In this document: positions 1 through 12,583 of the stretch, one piece after another
How positions within the stretch are numbered: the first letter of the stretch is position 1
How the letters are laid out: each line of letters begins with the position of its first letter
Source of the DNA: Mobula hypostoma
Taxonomy: Eukaryota
NCBI RefSeq assembly: GCF_963921235.1
Contig: NC_086108.1
Span: forward strand, 46,626,001-46,690,000
Direction: 5' to 3'
Length of the DNA stretch: 64,000 bases
The notes under the pieces: model-generated
What the model was told of the DNA's origin: nothing
The model's database searches: none
Seen by the model: only the letters and a program-made list of their open reading frames with translations
Made by a program: the position numbers and the translations under genes

Positions 1-352
1 CCCAAGTCCTGCTCCCAAAGAGAGGTCCCAGCTCTGCGTTCCATGTTCCTATTCTCCCTCAACCAAGTCAAGGCTTCGTGTTCTTGTCCTGTCCATGTGC
101 CTCGCCCAGCCCAGGAGTACATCACCCAGCACAGTGCTGGGGTTCCCTCATCCTGTCCCAGAGTCTCACATCCAGTCCTGTTGCCACTCCTCATCCTGTA
201 GCCACGTCTTGTCCTCGCCAGGTTCCAGAGTTCTGTGTCACTAGCCCAGGCTCCTAGTTCCTAGATCCTTGTCCTGGTTCTGTTTTCCTAGTCAAGTCCT
301 AGCCCAGGCCCTGTATCCTAGTCTTGTCCAGGCCCTGTATCCCAGTCTCGTC
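1..352 (-). mobile_element. Partial LTR-like repeat; inverted copy of the element at 9966-11310, cut by the window start
   Basis: Its reverse complement aligns to ~10085-10410 and ~10718-10770 (e.g. gtcctgttgccactcctcatcctgtagccacgtcttgtcctcgcc vs ggcgaggacaagacgtagctgcaggacgaggagtggcaacaggac). Strand is relative to the 9966 copy. Confidence 0.75.
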
Positions 353-1986
353 TTTCATAAATTACCATCATTCCATGCAATCCTATTCACCTTTAAAAAG
401 AGAAACTTGCAGAATGGCATTTAACTACCAGGCACATTGAAATGAGTTGGGAGTCAGTTTTGGGCCAGACCATGAAATAACTCACATTATTGCAATCTAG
501 TAGGTTCCTAAGGTCTAGAAATTGTACTATGCCTAAAAAAACAGAATCTAAAATTGCCCTGCATGGGCAAAGTTTTTGTACAAGGTCCCTAAGCTATGAT
601 ATTCCACTGAACTGAGGGCACGCTGAATGACCTATGCAGTTGTATAGATCTCACACAAGCTAATGTGCACAAAGGCACTTCCTTCATAAACTCCTGTTGC
701 TGCTGCTCAGGAGGGAGATGATCAGGAGTGGTCAGGGCGAAGACTGGTTGGAGGGTTGGGGAGATGATCAATGATAGGGAGGCTATCGGGAGAAGACTGA
801 GGCTATCGGGGACATCACCGGGAACAGAAACATAGGCAATCAGTCTAATGTAAAGATAAAGAAGTTACTGATTCAGAAGAAGATGCTACCTCTAATCTCC
901 AGTGACCTTGACGGTATTCCAGCATTTGCACCAGTGTTGGGTTAGAATTTCACTAAACTTGCTGTTTCTGCCATTTGATGGCACTGCATATACCCAACAG
1001 TCACTTGCATATTCACACCTAGACAGTAATTCAAATTCCTGCAGTCCTTGTTGAGGTGGTTAACAATTTCACGAGTTAAATTCCTTCAGATCACTTGAAT
1101 AAGGAGATTCTGAAGTCTTCCTCAAACCTGAACAATTTTGAATGCACACTCATTGATGCTAAAATCGGGGTATTTCACATAGGTCACTTGTGAATCAATC
1201 CTGTTGCAAAGTCATAGTTTAGTAAATAGAAAATTTTCTTCTCAACTTCTGACAGCTATAGTTCCATGAATCTAATCAATTAAGAAGACAAATTACTAAT
1301 CTATGGGCAACCCTCCAAAGACTGGGTTTAGTTGCAGAATGTGACAATTCCCTTGGGAGTAGTGTGTATTGTATCACTCACTTTCACAGTATTTGCATAA
1401 CTAACAGCACCCTTGCTATTTAACTGCAAGTGCCAAACTTTCTGGCATCCTGAAACAAGCAAATGAAATCACAACTGAAATTCACAGGGCTGGAAGATAT
1501 GGCAAAAAGCACATGGCTGTTTTCTTGCCTGCCTTTGCAGAAGGTGTTCAAGCAGGAGATGGTTGTTTTGACAATTCTGTAGCTTATTTTGATGACTTTA
1601 GTGGTTTGCATATCTGATCTGCACTCTGGATTAATCTAGCAAATCAGCATGGGCGGCACCTCAAGATGTGTTGTTTTCCTCTTCTGTTTGTTAAATTTAA
1701 CTGCAGATTCTGTCCAACAGTTGTTTACCCTACTTTGAACTGACAAATAGTGGCAGTCACCAACACTGCGATTCCTCCTTCAAGTCAAGCCAAATTTATT
1801 TATATAGCACATTTAAAAACAACCCACGTTGACCAAAGTACTGTACAGGCCAGAGCAAATAGCCAAAATCACAAATACAAGAAACACAGACATAACCAAC
1901 AAGGCAAACAGCTTATAGGTACAAAAAAAATGACACAAGGGCCTGGCACAAGCCAAAAATCAGCCACATTAGAAGGATTCAAACAC

Positions 1987-4900
1987 TTAGATTAGATTAT
2001 GAGAAAACACAGTCCTCTTTTATTGTCATTTAGAAATGCATAAGTGCATATATCCCAACATAGGCAGGAAGAGGGATGAGGTCCTGAAGTGTGAGTTTCA
2101 GGAATTAGGCAGAAGGCTGAAGAACATGACCTCAAGGGTGGCGTTCTCAGGATTGCTGCCAGTGCTACGTGACAGTGATGGTAAGAATTGGAGGAGATGG
2201 CAGTTGAATGCATGGCTGAGGAGTTGGTGCAGGGAGCAGGGTTTTAGGTTTTTAGATCATTGGGATCTCTTCTGGGAAAGGTGGGACCTGTACAGATTGG
2301 ATAGGTTGCACCTGAACTCGAGGGGGAGCAATATCCTTGCAGGTAGGTTTGCTAGCATGGTTCGGGAGGGTTTAAACTAATTTGCAAGGGGGATGGGACC
2401 CAGAGCGATAGAGCAGTGAAAGAAGTGCATGAAGTAAAGCCAGATCTAACATACAGAGAGGCTTTGAGGAAAGAGAAGCAGAATAAAGGGTGTAAAGACA
2501 GTAAGGAAGAAGGGCTGAAATGTGTGTACCTCAATGCAAGAAGCATCAGGAACAAAGGTGATGAACTGAGAGCTTGGATACATACATGGAATTATGATGT
2601 AGTGGCCATTACAGAGACTTGGCTGGCACCAGGGCAGGAATGGATTCTCAATATTCCTGGATTTCAGTGCTTTATAAAGGATAAAGAGGGTGGAAGAAGG
2701 GGAGGAGGGGTGGCATTACTGGTCAGGGATACTATTACAGCTACAGAAAGGGTGGGTAATGTAGCAGGATCCTCTTTTGAGTCAGTATGGGTGGAAGTCA
2801 GGAACAGGAAGGGAGCAGTTACTCTACTGGGGGTATTCTATAGACCCCCTGGTAGCAGCAGAGATACAGAGGAGCAGATTAGGAGGCAGATTTTGGAAAG
2901 GTGCAAAAATAACAGAGTTGTTATCATGGGTGACTTTAACTTCCCTAATATTGATTGGCACCTGATTAGTTCCAAGGGTTTAGATGGGGCAGCGTTTGTT
3001 AAGTGTGTCCAGGACGGATTCCTGTCACAGTATGTGGACAGGCCGACCAGGGAGAATGCCATACTAGATCTAGTACTAGGTAATGAACCGGGTCAGGTCG
3101 CAGATCTCTCAGTGGGTGAGCATCTGGGGGACAGGGACCACCGCTCCCTGGCCTTTAACATTATCATGGAAAAGGATAGAATCAGAGAGGACAGGAAAAT
3201 TTTTAACTGGAGAAGGGCAAATTATGAGGCTATAAGGCTAGAACTTGTGGGTGTGAATTGGGATGATGTTTTTGCAGGGAAATGTACTATGGACATGTGG
3301 TCGATGTTTAGAGATCTCTTGCAGGATGTTAGGGATAAATTTGTCCTGGTGAGGAAGATAAAGAATGGTAGGATGAAGGAACCATGGGTGACAAGTGAGA
3401 TGGAAAATCTAGTCAGGAGGAAGAAGGCAGCATACATGAGGTTTAGGAAGCAAGGATCAGCTGGGTCTATTGAGGAATATAGGGAAGCGAGAAAGGAGCT
3501 TAAGAAGGGGCTGAGAAGAGCAAGAAGGGGGCATGAGAAGGCCTTGGCGAGTAGGGTAAAGGAAAACCCCAAGGCATTCTTCAATTATGTGAAGAAAAAA
3601 AGGATGACAGGAGTGAAGTAGGACCAATTAGAGATAAAGGTGGGAAGATGTGTCTGGAGGCTGTGGAAGTGAGCGAGGTCCTCAATGAATACTTCTCTTC
3701 GGTATTCACGAATGAGAGGGAACTTGATGACAGTGGGGACAATTTAAGTGAGGTTGATGTTCTGGAGCATGCTGATATTAAGGGAGAGGAGGTGTTGGAG
3801 TTGTTAAAATACATTAGGACGGATAAGTCCCCGGGGCGTGAAGGAATATTCCCCAGGCTGCTCCATGAGGCGAGGGAAGAGATTGCTGAGCCTCTGGCTA
3901 GGATATTTATGTCCTTGTTGTCCACGGGAATGGTACCGGAGGATTGGAGGGAGGCAAATGTTGTCCCCTTGTTCAAAAAAGGTAGTAGGGATAATCCAGG
4001 TAATTATAGACCAGTGAGCCTACGTCTGTGGTGGGAAAGCTGTTGGAAAAGATTCTTAGAGATAGGATCTCTGGGCATTTAGAGAATCATGGTCTGATCA
4101 GGGAGAGTCAGCATGGCTTTGTGAAGGGCAGATCGTGTCTAACAAGCCTGATAGAGTTCTTTGAGGAGGAAGCCAGGCATGTAGATGAGGGTAGTGCAGT
4201 GGATGTGATCTATATGGATTTTAGTAAGGCATTTGACAAGGTTCCACATGGTAGGCTTACTCAGAAAGTCAGAAGGCATGGGATCCAGGGAAGTTTGGCC
4301 AGGTGGATTCAGAATTGGCTTGCCTGCAGAAAGTAGAGGGTCATGGTGGAGGGAGTACATTCAGATTGGAGTATTGTGACTAGTGGTTTCCCACAAGGAT
4401 CTGTTCTGGGACCTCTACTTTTCGTGATTTTTATTAACGACCTGGATGTGGGGGTAGAAGGGTGGGTTGGCAAGTTTGCAGACGACACAAAGGTTGGTAG
4501 TGTTGTAGACAGTGTAGGGGATTGTGAAAGATTGCAGAGAGACATTGATAGGATGCAGAAGTGGGCTGAGAAGTGGCAGATGGAGTTCAACCCGGAGAAG
4601 TGTGAGGTGGTACACTTTGGAAGGACAAACTCCAAGGCAGAGTACAAAGTAAATGGCAGGATACTTGGTAGTGTGGAGGAGCAGAGGGATCTCGGGGTAC
4701 ATGTCCACAGATCCTTGAAAGTTGCCTCACAGGTGGATAGGGTAGTTAAGAAAGCTTATGGGGTGTTAGCTTTCATAAGTCGAGGGATAGAGTTTAAGAG
4801 TTGCGATGTAATGATGCAGCTCCACAAAACTCTGGTTAGGCCACAACTGGAGTATCGTGTCCAGTTCTGGTCGCCTCACTATAGGAAGGATGTGGAAGCA

Positions 4901-5680
4901 TTGGAAAGGGTACAGAGGAGATTTACCAGGATGCTGCCTGGTTTAGGCAGTATGTATTATGATCAGAAATTAAGGCAGCTAGGGCTTTACCCTTTGGAGA
5001 GAAGGAGGATGAGAGGAGACATGATAGAGGTGTACAAGATAATAAGAGGAATAGATAGAGTGGATAGCCAGCGCCCCTTCCCCAGGGCACCACTGATCAA
5101 TACAAGAGGATATGGCTTTAAGATAAGGGGTGGGAAGTTCAAGGGGGATATTAGAGGAAGGTTTTTAACTCAGAGAGTGGTTGGTGTGTGGAATGCACTG
5201 TCTGAGTCAGTGGTGGAGGCAGATTCACTAGTGAAGTTTCAGGGACTACTAGACAGGTATATGGAGGAATTTAAGGTGGGGGCTTATATGGGAGGCAGGG
5301 TTTGAGGGTTGGCAGAACATTGTGGGCCGAAGGGCCTGTACTGTGCTGTACTATTCTATGTTCTATGTTCTATGTTCTATGTTCTAAAACTTCGAGCTCC
5401 CGACCAGCCTCTCCGATACAGCCTCCCGAGCGCCATCCTCTGCCGAGCGCCTTCGTTTCGACCTCTCCCCGGCCACTGAAACACGCAAAGCTGAGATTTT
5501 GGGGCCTTCAGCTCCGGAGATTCCGGTTACCACACAGTAGCAGTGGCAGCGTATCGGGCATTTCAGAAGTTTTCCAGATGTTCCTCCGTACTCTCATGTC
5601 TGTCTCCATCAAATCAGAATTGTACACGGTCCCCTGACAGATAACAGATATTCATCACCACGCCGCCACCTTCACCCCCT
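1987..5680 (-). mobile_element. Non-autonomous non-LTR element with (TCTAA)n tail, interrupted by CR1 (pieces ~1987-2046 and ~5387-5680)
   Basis: Both pieces align to the uninterrupted sibling at 11956-12583 (ttagattagattatgag...tttattgtcatttag; aaaacttcgagc; tgtctccatcaaatcagaattgt). Confidence 0.65.
2047..5386 (+). mobile_element. CR1 LINE, 5'-truncated but near full-length: ORF1 C-terminal esterase plus ORF2 (APE-RT) with ~3 lesions
   Basis: ORF1 remnant to 2380 has an SGNH-like DRLHLN motif. ORF2 has APE motifs YLNARSI, ITETWL, GDFN, LDLV and RT motifs [13 protein letters not shown]. It is broken at ~3619, ~4025 and 4334. The 3' tail is (TTCTATG)n at 5354-5386. Confidence 0.95.
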
Positions 5681-6300
5681 CCCCCCGGGAGGAACAAAAG
5701 CTTGTGAATAAAAGTAAGTTTTGAGCCTGCACTTAAAAGAGTTGATGGAGGGGGCAGACCTGATAGGGAGGGGAGTGCTGTTCCACAGTCTAGGGGCTGC
5801 AATAGCAAAGCGTGGTCACCCCGAGCTTAAGTTTAGATCGCGGGACAGCCAGGAGCCCCAAGTCAGCCAACCTGAGGGACCTGGAAGTAGAATAAGGGGT
5901 TAGAAGGTGTACAATATAGGAGGGGCCAGCCCATTTGGGGCTTTATAAACAAACAGGAGAATCTTAAAATTAATTCCGAACCATACTGGCAGCCAGTGGA
6001 GGGAGGCCAGGATAGGAGTGATATGGTCCCTCTTCCGGGCACCTGTCAGGAGCCTGGCTGTGGCATTCTGGACCAGTTGCAGACGGGACAAGCATATCCT
6101 TGCCCCATATATTTCTTCAAACTTTTATGATGTTGAGTTGCCCTCTTCTCACTGCAGCCATCAGGAAGAAGGTACAGGAGCCTCAGAACTCTCACCACCA
6201 GGCTCAGGAATAGTTACTACCCCTCAACCATCAGACTCTTGAACCAAAGGGGATAACTTCACTCAACTTCACTTGCCACAATCATTGACATGTTCCCACA

Positions 6301-6500
6301 CACAAAATACTCTGCAGATGCTGGGGTCAAAGCTACACTCACAACACGCTGGAGGAACTCAGCAGGTCGGGCAGCATCCGTAGAAAAGATCGGTCGACGT
6401 TTCGGGCTGGAACCTGACGAAGGGTTCCGGCCCGAAACGTCGACCAATCTTTTCCACGGATGCTGCCCGACCTGCTGAATTCCTCCAGCGTGTTGTGAGT
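6301..6500. mobile_element. Penelope-like terminal-repeat (pLTR) insertion in inverted, hairpin arrangement
   Basis: The 78-nt arms at 6337-6414 and 6423-6500 are related to the pLTR at 14400-14538. The insert is flanked by a 17-bp direct repeat attgacatgttcccaca (6284-6300) / attgaaatgttcccaca (6501-6517). Confidence 0.8.
6414..6445 (+). ncRNA. Minimal hammerhead ribozyme core motif (Penelope-type)
   Basis: CTGACGA-A-GGGTTCCGGCCC-GAAA-CGTC: intact CUGANGA and GAAA boxes, stem II GGG/CCC, palindromic ACGT stem III, GUC cleavage triplet. The 5' strand of stem I is replaced by the inversion junction. Confidence 0.6.
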
Positions 6501-7599
6501 ATTGAAATGTTCCCACAACCTATGGACTCACTTTCAAGGATTCTGTGTCTCATGTTCTCGATACTTAGTGCTTATTGTTTATTATTATTTCTTTCTTTTT
6601 GTATTTGCACAGTGTGCTGTCCTCTGCGCACTGGTTGAACCACCACCTGAAGAGGTAGTGCTGAGCAAACTTGTGGGCCTAAAGATAGATAAGTCCCCTG
6701 GTCCTGATGGAATGCAGCCCAAGGTACTGTCTTTCATCGTGCTGTCTTTCATTGATTCTCTGATGGCTATTTTCCGAATACGGATTTATTGAGTATGCCC
6801 ACAAGAAAATGATCTCAGGGTTGTATGCGGTGACGTATATGTACTTTGATAATAAATTTACTTTGAACTTTGAACTATTCTTCTTAGCATCATTAATTCT
6901 GGTACACTATTTTTGAGTTTTAGACAGAACCGACAAAGCAAAGTAGCTTTCATAGTTTCTTGAGATCTCATTGTGCTTTGTAGTCATAAATGTATATTTC
7001 GAATTTACTTTAGCCTCTGTTCTACTTGTACACAGCAAACACCCATAAAAAGCATTGACAAAACAATCAAGTATACTCTGTGTTGGCTGAAGGATGAATA
7101 TAAGCCAAGACGCGAAGTGGAAACTCTCCCGAAGTTGTTCAAATTGGACTGGGGAATTTTTTTTATGTCCATCCAGTTCTCAAATTAACATTGGATCCAA
7201 AGAGCAACAACATTTATCCACTCCCTTGGAGGATGTCAGCCAGAACTTCATGGTCGCCTCTGGGGCTTGAAACTGCTGACTTTTGACTTGAAAGCAAAGC
7301 TGATATATAACTAAATGTTATTCCTGAAATTAAATGCAATTTTCTTAAATCCCCTTCAACAATTAGACTAGTAGAGTAATATGTAATAGAAACAGGGCCT
7401 TTGACCCAACTGTTCTGCTCTGGGACAAAGGTGCTTACCTTAACTAATCTCTTTTGCCTGCATTTGGCCATATCCTTCAAAGGCTTTCCCATCCGTGCAC
7501 TTATCCAAATGTCTTTTAAATGCTATTGTTGTGCTTGCCTCATCAATGTTTTCTACTCCTAAGGAGTTAAAGAGAAGAGAGAGTAGAAGCACAGCTGAA

Positions 7600-8960
7600 G
7601 CATTGTGCTGAGTAAACTTGTGGGCCCGAAGATAGACAAGTCCCCGGGTCCTGATGGAATGCAGCCCAGGGTACTGAAAGAAATGGCAGATGTTATAGTA
7701 GAGGTTCTGGAGATAATTTACCAAAATTCTCTGGACTCTGGGCAGGTCCCGGTGGATTGGAAGATGGTGAATGTAGCGCCACTGTTCAAAAAAAGGGTGT
7801 GGGCAAAAGGTAGGTAACTATAGGCCAGTTAGTTTTACAACTGTAGTTGGAAAAATGCTTGAAGCTATCATTAAAGAAAAAATAGTGAGGCATCTGGAAA
7901 GAAATGGATCCATCAGGCAGACACAGCTTGGATTCAGCAAAGGCAGGTCCTGTTTGACAAATTTTCTGGAGTTCTTTGAGGATATAACAAGCGCAGCAAA
8001 GAGAGGGTAACAGATGGACATTATTTACTTGGATTTCCAGAAGGCATTCAAGAAGGTGCTGCATAAAAGACTTATCCATAGGATAAGGATGCATAGAGTT
8101 GGAGGTGATGTATTAGCATGGATAGAGGATTGGTTAACTAATAGAAAGCAGAGAGTTGGGATACATGGGTGTTACTGCTGCACCTGCAAACCAACTTTTT
8201 GTGATTCATGTACAAGCACTCCCAAGCCCCTCTACACAGCAGCATGTTGCAATTTTATTATCATTTATATAATAATCTGCTCTTTCATTTTTCCTTCCAA
8301 AGTGGATGATTTAGGACAGAGATAAGGAGGAACTGCCTTTCCCAGAGAGTGAAGAATCTGTGGAATTCTCTGCCCAATGAAGCAGTGGAGGCCTCCTCAG
8401 TAAATATACTTACAATAAGGTTGGATAGATTTTTGCACAGCAGGGGAATTAAAGGTTATGGGGAAAAGGCAGGAAGGTGGAGATGAGTCCATGGCCAGAT
8501 CAGCCACGGTCATATTCAATGGCGGGGTAGACTTGACGGGCCAGATAGTCTACTCTTGCTTCTTCTTATTTTCTTATGACTGCTGGAAAATGAGACTGGA
8601 GAGGATGTAATGGGGGACAAAGATATGGCAGACGAACTCATTAAGTATTTTCCATCAGTTCTCATTGTGAAAGACAACAGCAGTATGCCAGAAATTTGAC
8701 AGCGTCAGGGGGCAGGAGCATGTGCAGTTGCTATTACTAAGCTGAAACGATTGAAGGCAGATCAGTCATCAGGACTACAACGCAAGGTTCAGAAAGCATA
8801 GCTGAAGAGGAAGCTGTTGAGCTATTGGTAGTCATCTTTAAAGAAACACTAGATTCTGGAATGGTCTGGAGGACTGGAAAAATGCAAATGTCACTCCTCA
8901 CATTAAGAAAGGAGGGAGGCAAAAGACAGGAAATAAAAGGCCAATTAGCCTGACTTAACC
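7600..8960 (+). mobile_element. Rearranged, decayed CR1 ORF2 fragments
   Basis: Motifs KSPGPDGMQPRVLKE, DWKMVNVAPLFKK and IYLDFQKAF are present. An internal minus-oriented CR1 piece sits at ~8175-8310 and the 3' end is at ~8578. Confidence 0.75.
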
Positions 8961-10410
8961 TTCCAGATTAGCCGACCATGAGGAGCCTTATCAAATTTAT
9001 GTTTATCAAAGTTATGTTACCTCATTTCATTTAACCAGGGGGTTACACTACATTCATCCTGCGGGCCTCCTACATAATACTGTTTTATGATTTTTTTTAC
9101 CCTACCGTGTTCAATGAAATTATTAGATGCAAAAGCAATTTTGGATTGCAAAAAGACCAATTCATCATAACAAGGATCTCTGTCCCCGGAAATAGTGCCA
9201 AAATGATGGTAATGAAACTCTCCTATGTAATATGTTCGAATTGAACTACGTATCTGTACTTTCTCTCTAACTGGTTTAGGATTGAAAATGATCTTTTTTA
9301 TCTTGATTAGTGATGCAACTCCTCCTCCAGTTTTCCCTGCTATGTATCCGTACTAAAACACTAAAAGCCTGGAACATTAAGCAGTCAGTCCTGCCCCTCT
9401 CTCAATCAATTACCTACAGTGGCCACAACATCATAGCTCTGTGTATTTATCCATGGAATTTACGCTTAATACCCCTTGTATTAAAATAAACACACTTCAG
9501 CCCTTCTGTCCTTTGACCTTGTGCCTGTCCCTTATTGGTCATTACATTTACCTTCCTCTCTCCACTTCCTGATCTGGTGCTCTGATTTCCATCCCCCGAC
9601 CAGACCTGGTGAACGGGAGCCAAAGGATGAAATGTGGGACAATAGGTGGGTGGACCCAGCAAGGGAAGGGGAATGAAAATGAGTGATTGGGGGGGGGGTT
9701 GGAAGTTTGGGGAAAGGGGCATGGAAACTAGGAACAAAAACATTCTCCTCGAAGGGGGGACAGTTAGGGAGTGAGAGCAGAAGTCCGGGAAATGGAGGAG
9801 ATACAAGAGGGGGGCTCCATCAACCATGTAGAAGAGAAGTCATGTTTCCAGGAAGATCTGATGTAGTGAAGATAGAGAAACTGGGAGGAAGGGATGGTGT
9901 CCTTACAAGAGACAGGGTAGGAAAGGATGTCGTCTAGATTGCAGAGGGAGTCAGGTGGGTGTATATGTCATAATAATGGGGCATTGGGAGGTGGATCCAA
10001 ATGCAAGACACAGACGCTGAAGTACTAGGAAGAGGACTAGGTGTGTCAAGCAAGCAAGGGAAGTGAGGAAGAAATGACGCTGGACAAGACACAGGTCCTG
10101 GACAAGGCTAGGATACAGGGCCTGGGCTAGGACTAGACTAGGAAAGCGGGACCTGGAAGAGGAACTAGGAACCTGGACAAGGACTCTGAGCCAGAGACCA
10201 GACAAGGACCCAGAACCTGGGTCTTGACTCAAGCTTGGACCCCAGATCTAGGCGAGGACAAGACGTAGCTGCAGGACGAGGAGTGGCAACAGGACTGGAC
10301 ATGAGACTCCTGGACAGGATGAGGGAACCTCAGCACTGGGCTGGGTGAGGTACTCCTGGGCAGGATGAAGCACATGGACAGGACGAGAACACGAAGTCTT
10401 GACTTGTTGA

Positions 10411-10742
10411 GGGAGACAGGAATGCAGAGCCTTGGTTGAGGGAGAACAGGAACACACAGCCTTGGCCGTAGGAGGACAGGAATGCAGAGCATTAGTCAAG
10501 GGAGAACAGGAACGCAGAACCTTGGTTGAGGGGGACAGGAACGCACAGCCTTGGCCGTGGGAGGACAGGAACGCAGAGCATTGGTCAAGAGAGAACAGGA
10601 ACGCAGAGCCTTGGTCAAGGGAGGATGAGAATGCAGAGCCTTGGCCGTGAGAGGACAGGAACGCAGAGCCTTGGTCGTGAGAGAACAGGAACATGGAATA
10701 CAGAGCCTTAGTTGTGAGAGAACAGGAACATGGAACATAGAG
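10411..10742. repeat. ~30-bp minisatellite, ~11 units (GAGRACAGGAAYGCAGAGCCTTGG...)
   Basis: Directly visible tandem units; the last two carry an extra catggaa. Confidence 0.9.
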
Positions 10743-10862
10743 GCGGGACCCCTCCTTGGGAACAGGACTTGAGGCCGGGCCTCTACACAGAGTTAGGACC
10801 CCTCCTATGGAGCAGGACGTAGGGCCGGGACTCATACACAGAACACTGAGAGACAGATCTTC

Positions 10863-11040
10863 ACTCAAGGTAGCGGCAAACAGCCAGACCTACCTAGTGA
10901 AGGCGTGGACATAGAGAGGTTCCCAACTCAAGGTAGTGGCAAATAGCCGGACCTCCCTAGCGAAGGCGTGGACACAGAGACAGTTCCCAACTCAAGGTAG
11001 CAGCAAGCAGCCAAACCTACCTAGCAGAGGTGTGAACACA
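10863..11040. repeat. ~63-bp tandem repeat, ~3 units (actcaaggtagcggcaaacagccagacctacctag...)
   Basis: Units start at ~10863, ~10926 and ~10990. Confidence 0.8.
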
Positions 11041-11955
11041 AGAAAGGCTTCAGGCAATGCTTCAGGCGAAGGTTGCAGGCGAGGCTTCAGGCAAAGGTAG
11101 CAGATGAGGGCTATAGAAGGAAGGGAAACAGTCCAGCAACTGAAACTGAACCAAGGAGCTGATAATGTAGCCATCCCAAAATGTGAATCATGTGCCTCAA
11201 TTAAGGCACACAACAGGACAAGGGAAAACTGGAAAACCTGGAATAAGGAGCGATGGACCGGACCGTGAACAGGAATGCTTACTTCACAGACAGTATGGAC
11301 TTTCATGACAGTATAATAAATACAGTGGACAGTTTGTCTGCAGAGGTGGAATTAGAGAGAATCTGAAAGGGGAGAGAAGTGTCAGAAATGGTGTAAATGT
11401 TTTTAGCAATGGGATGGAATTTGTAGTGAAGGTGATAAAATTGATAACCTGTGCATTGTGCAGGAAACAGTGCCAATGTGGTTGTCAAAGTTGGGGACTA
11501 TATCAGAGAAAGATTGAAGCAAGCCTTTTCCATATTGTCAAAGAAAAGGCAGGCATAACTAGTCCCTTAAGAGTAACCATGGCTATGCCACTAAATAGTA
11601 GTGAGTGAGAAGAGTCAAACAAGAAGATGCTCAGGGTAACATCAAGTCCTGCCACATGGATGAGAGCATCAGTGGAAGGAACTGGTTGGATCTCTGTTGC
11701 AGGAAGAGGCGGGGGTGGGGGGTGGTGTTGGAAGTGTACAAAGACTGGACATCCACAGTGACAGTGAAGCAAAGGGTGTTGAGGAGTCTGGAAGTTGTCA
11801 GGATGGTGGAGGGCATGTGAGGTGTCCCGAATGTCAGAAGGGAAGGAAGTGCACAACAGGAGCTGGAATGGAGTCAAGTTATGAGGAGGTAATTTCAGTG
11901 GACTCTTTAATTCCAATGACCTGTTGGCAAATAGAAAGTTCTTCTGATCACCAAA

Positions 11956-12583
11956 TTAGATTAGATTAGATTATGAGGACACGCTGTCCTCCTTTATTGT
12001 CATTTAGTAATGCATGCATTAAGAAATGATACAATATTCCTCCGGTGTGATATCACAGAAACACAGGACAGACCAAGACTGAAAAACTAACAAAAACCAC
12101 ATAATTATAACATATAGTTACAACAGTGCAACAATACCATAACATGATGAAGAACAGGCCATGGCACAGTAAAAAAGTTCAAAGTCTCTCAAATGTCCCA
12201 CATCTCACGCAGACAGGAGAAGGAAGAAAACTCTCCCTGCCAAGCCTGACCACAGTCCGACTCTGAGTCGTCCGAAAACTTCGAGCCTCTGATCAGCCCT
12301 CCGACACTGAGTACCATCTCTATCTGAACGATTCGACCTCAGCCTCGGCGCCAGCAGCAGGCAAAGCCGGGGATTTTGGGGCCTTCCCTCCGGAAGATTC
12401 TCGATCGCACAGTAACAGTGGCAGCGAACCGACATTTCAGAAATTTCTCCAGATGCTCCTCTGTGCTTTCACATCTGTCTCCATCAAATCAGAATTGTCC
12501 ACGGCCCCTATTTAACAGATACAATATCATTTCACCGGAGAGCTGCACGCGCTGCGTCGTGCTGCCATCTTCTCCTCCCGCCT
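11956..12583 (-). mobile_element. Non-autonomous non-LTR element with (TCTAA)n tail
   Basis: On minus it starts ggcgggaggagaagatggcagc and ends aataaagg...ataatctaatctaatctaa. It has no recognisable ORF and a sibling at 1987-5680. Confidence 0.65.

Larger units (their letters stand above)
1780..6091 (-). mobile_element. L2-clade LINE 3' fragment, split into ~1780-1985 and ~5695-6091 by nested inserts
   Basis: ORF 5900-6091 (RLQLVQNATARLLTGARKRDHITPILASLHWLPV..FKILLFVYK) is the typical L2 ORF2 C-terminus. The 3' end reads aaataaa...cttgacttga on minus at ~1780-1802. Confidence 0.75.
6135..6875 (+). mobile_element. Rex1/Babar-like LINE 3' end, interrupted by a Penelope hairpin and a CR1 patch
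   Basis: The sequence ccatcaggaagaaggtacaggagcctcag...caggaatagttactacccctcaacc and the tail ataataaatttactttgaactttgaa match the copy at 24540-25325. Confidence 0.7.
9966..11310. mobile_element. Solo LTR (1345 bp) with internal tandem arrays
   Basis: Inverted termini TGTCAT...ATGACA, with a 5-bp TSD GTATA at 9961-9965 and 11311-11315. No coding remnants. Confidence 0.85.
9600..11950 (-). mobile_element. Decayed Penelope-like element (RT remnant), interrupted by the solo LTR at 9966-11310
   Basis: Minus-strand remnants DIRDTSHALH, TVDVQSLYTS and FDSSHSL..GIAMVT resemble Penelope RT motifs. The purine-rich tract at 9620-9830 resembles the Penelope 3' region. Confidence 0.55.

Noticed and set aside
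360..1780. Exons of a neighbouring gene such as tdrd5 (ORFs 589-771, 1420-1611)
   Set aside because: No recognisable protein similarity or consistent splice-site pair was found.
10411..10742. CRISPR-like appearance of ~30-bp periodic repeats and repetitive ORFs (10248-10868)
   Set aside because: Units are head-to-tail with no unique spacers, no cas genes are present, and the context is a eukaryotic LTR.
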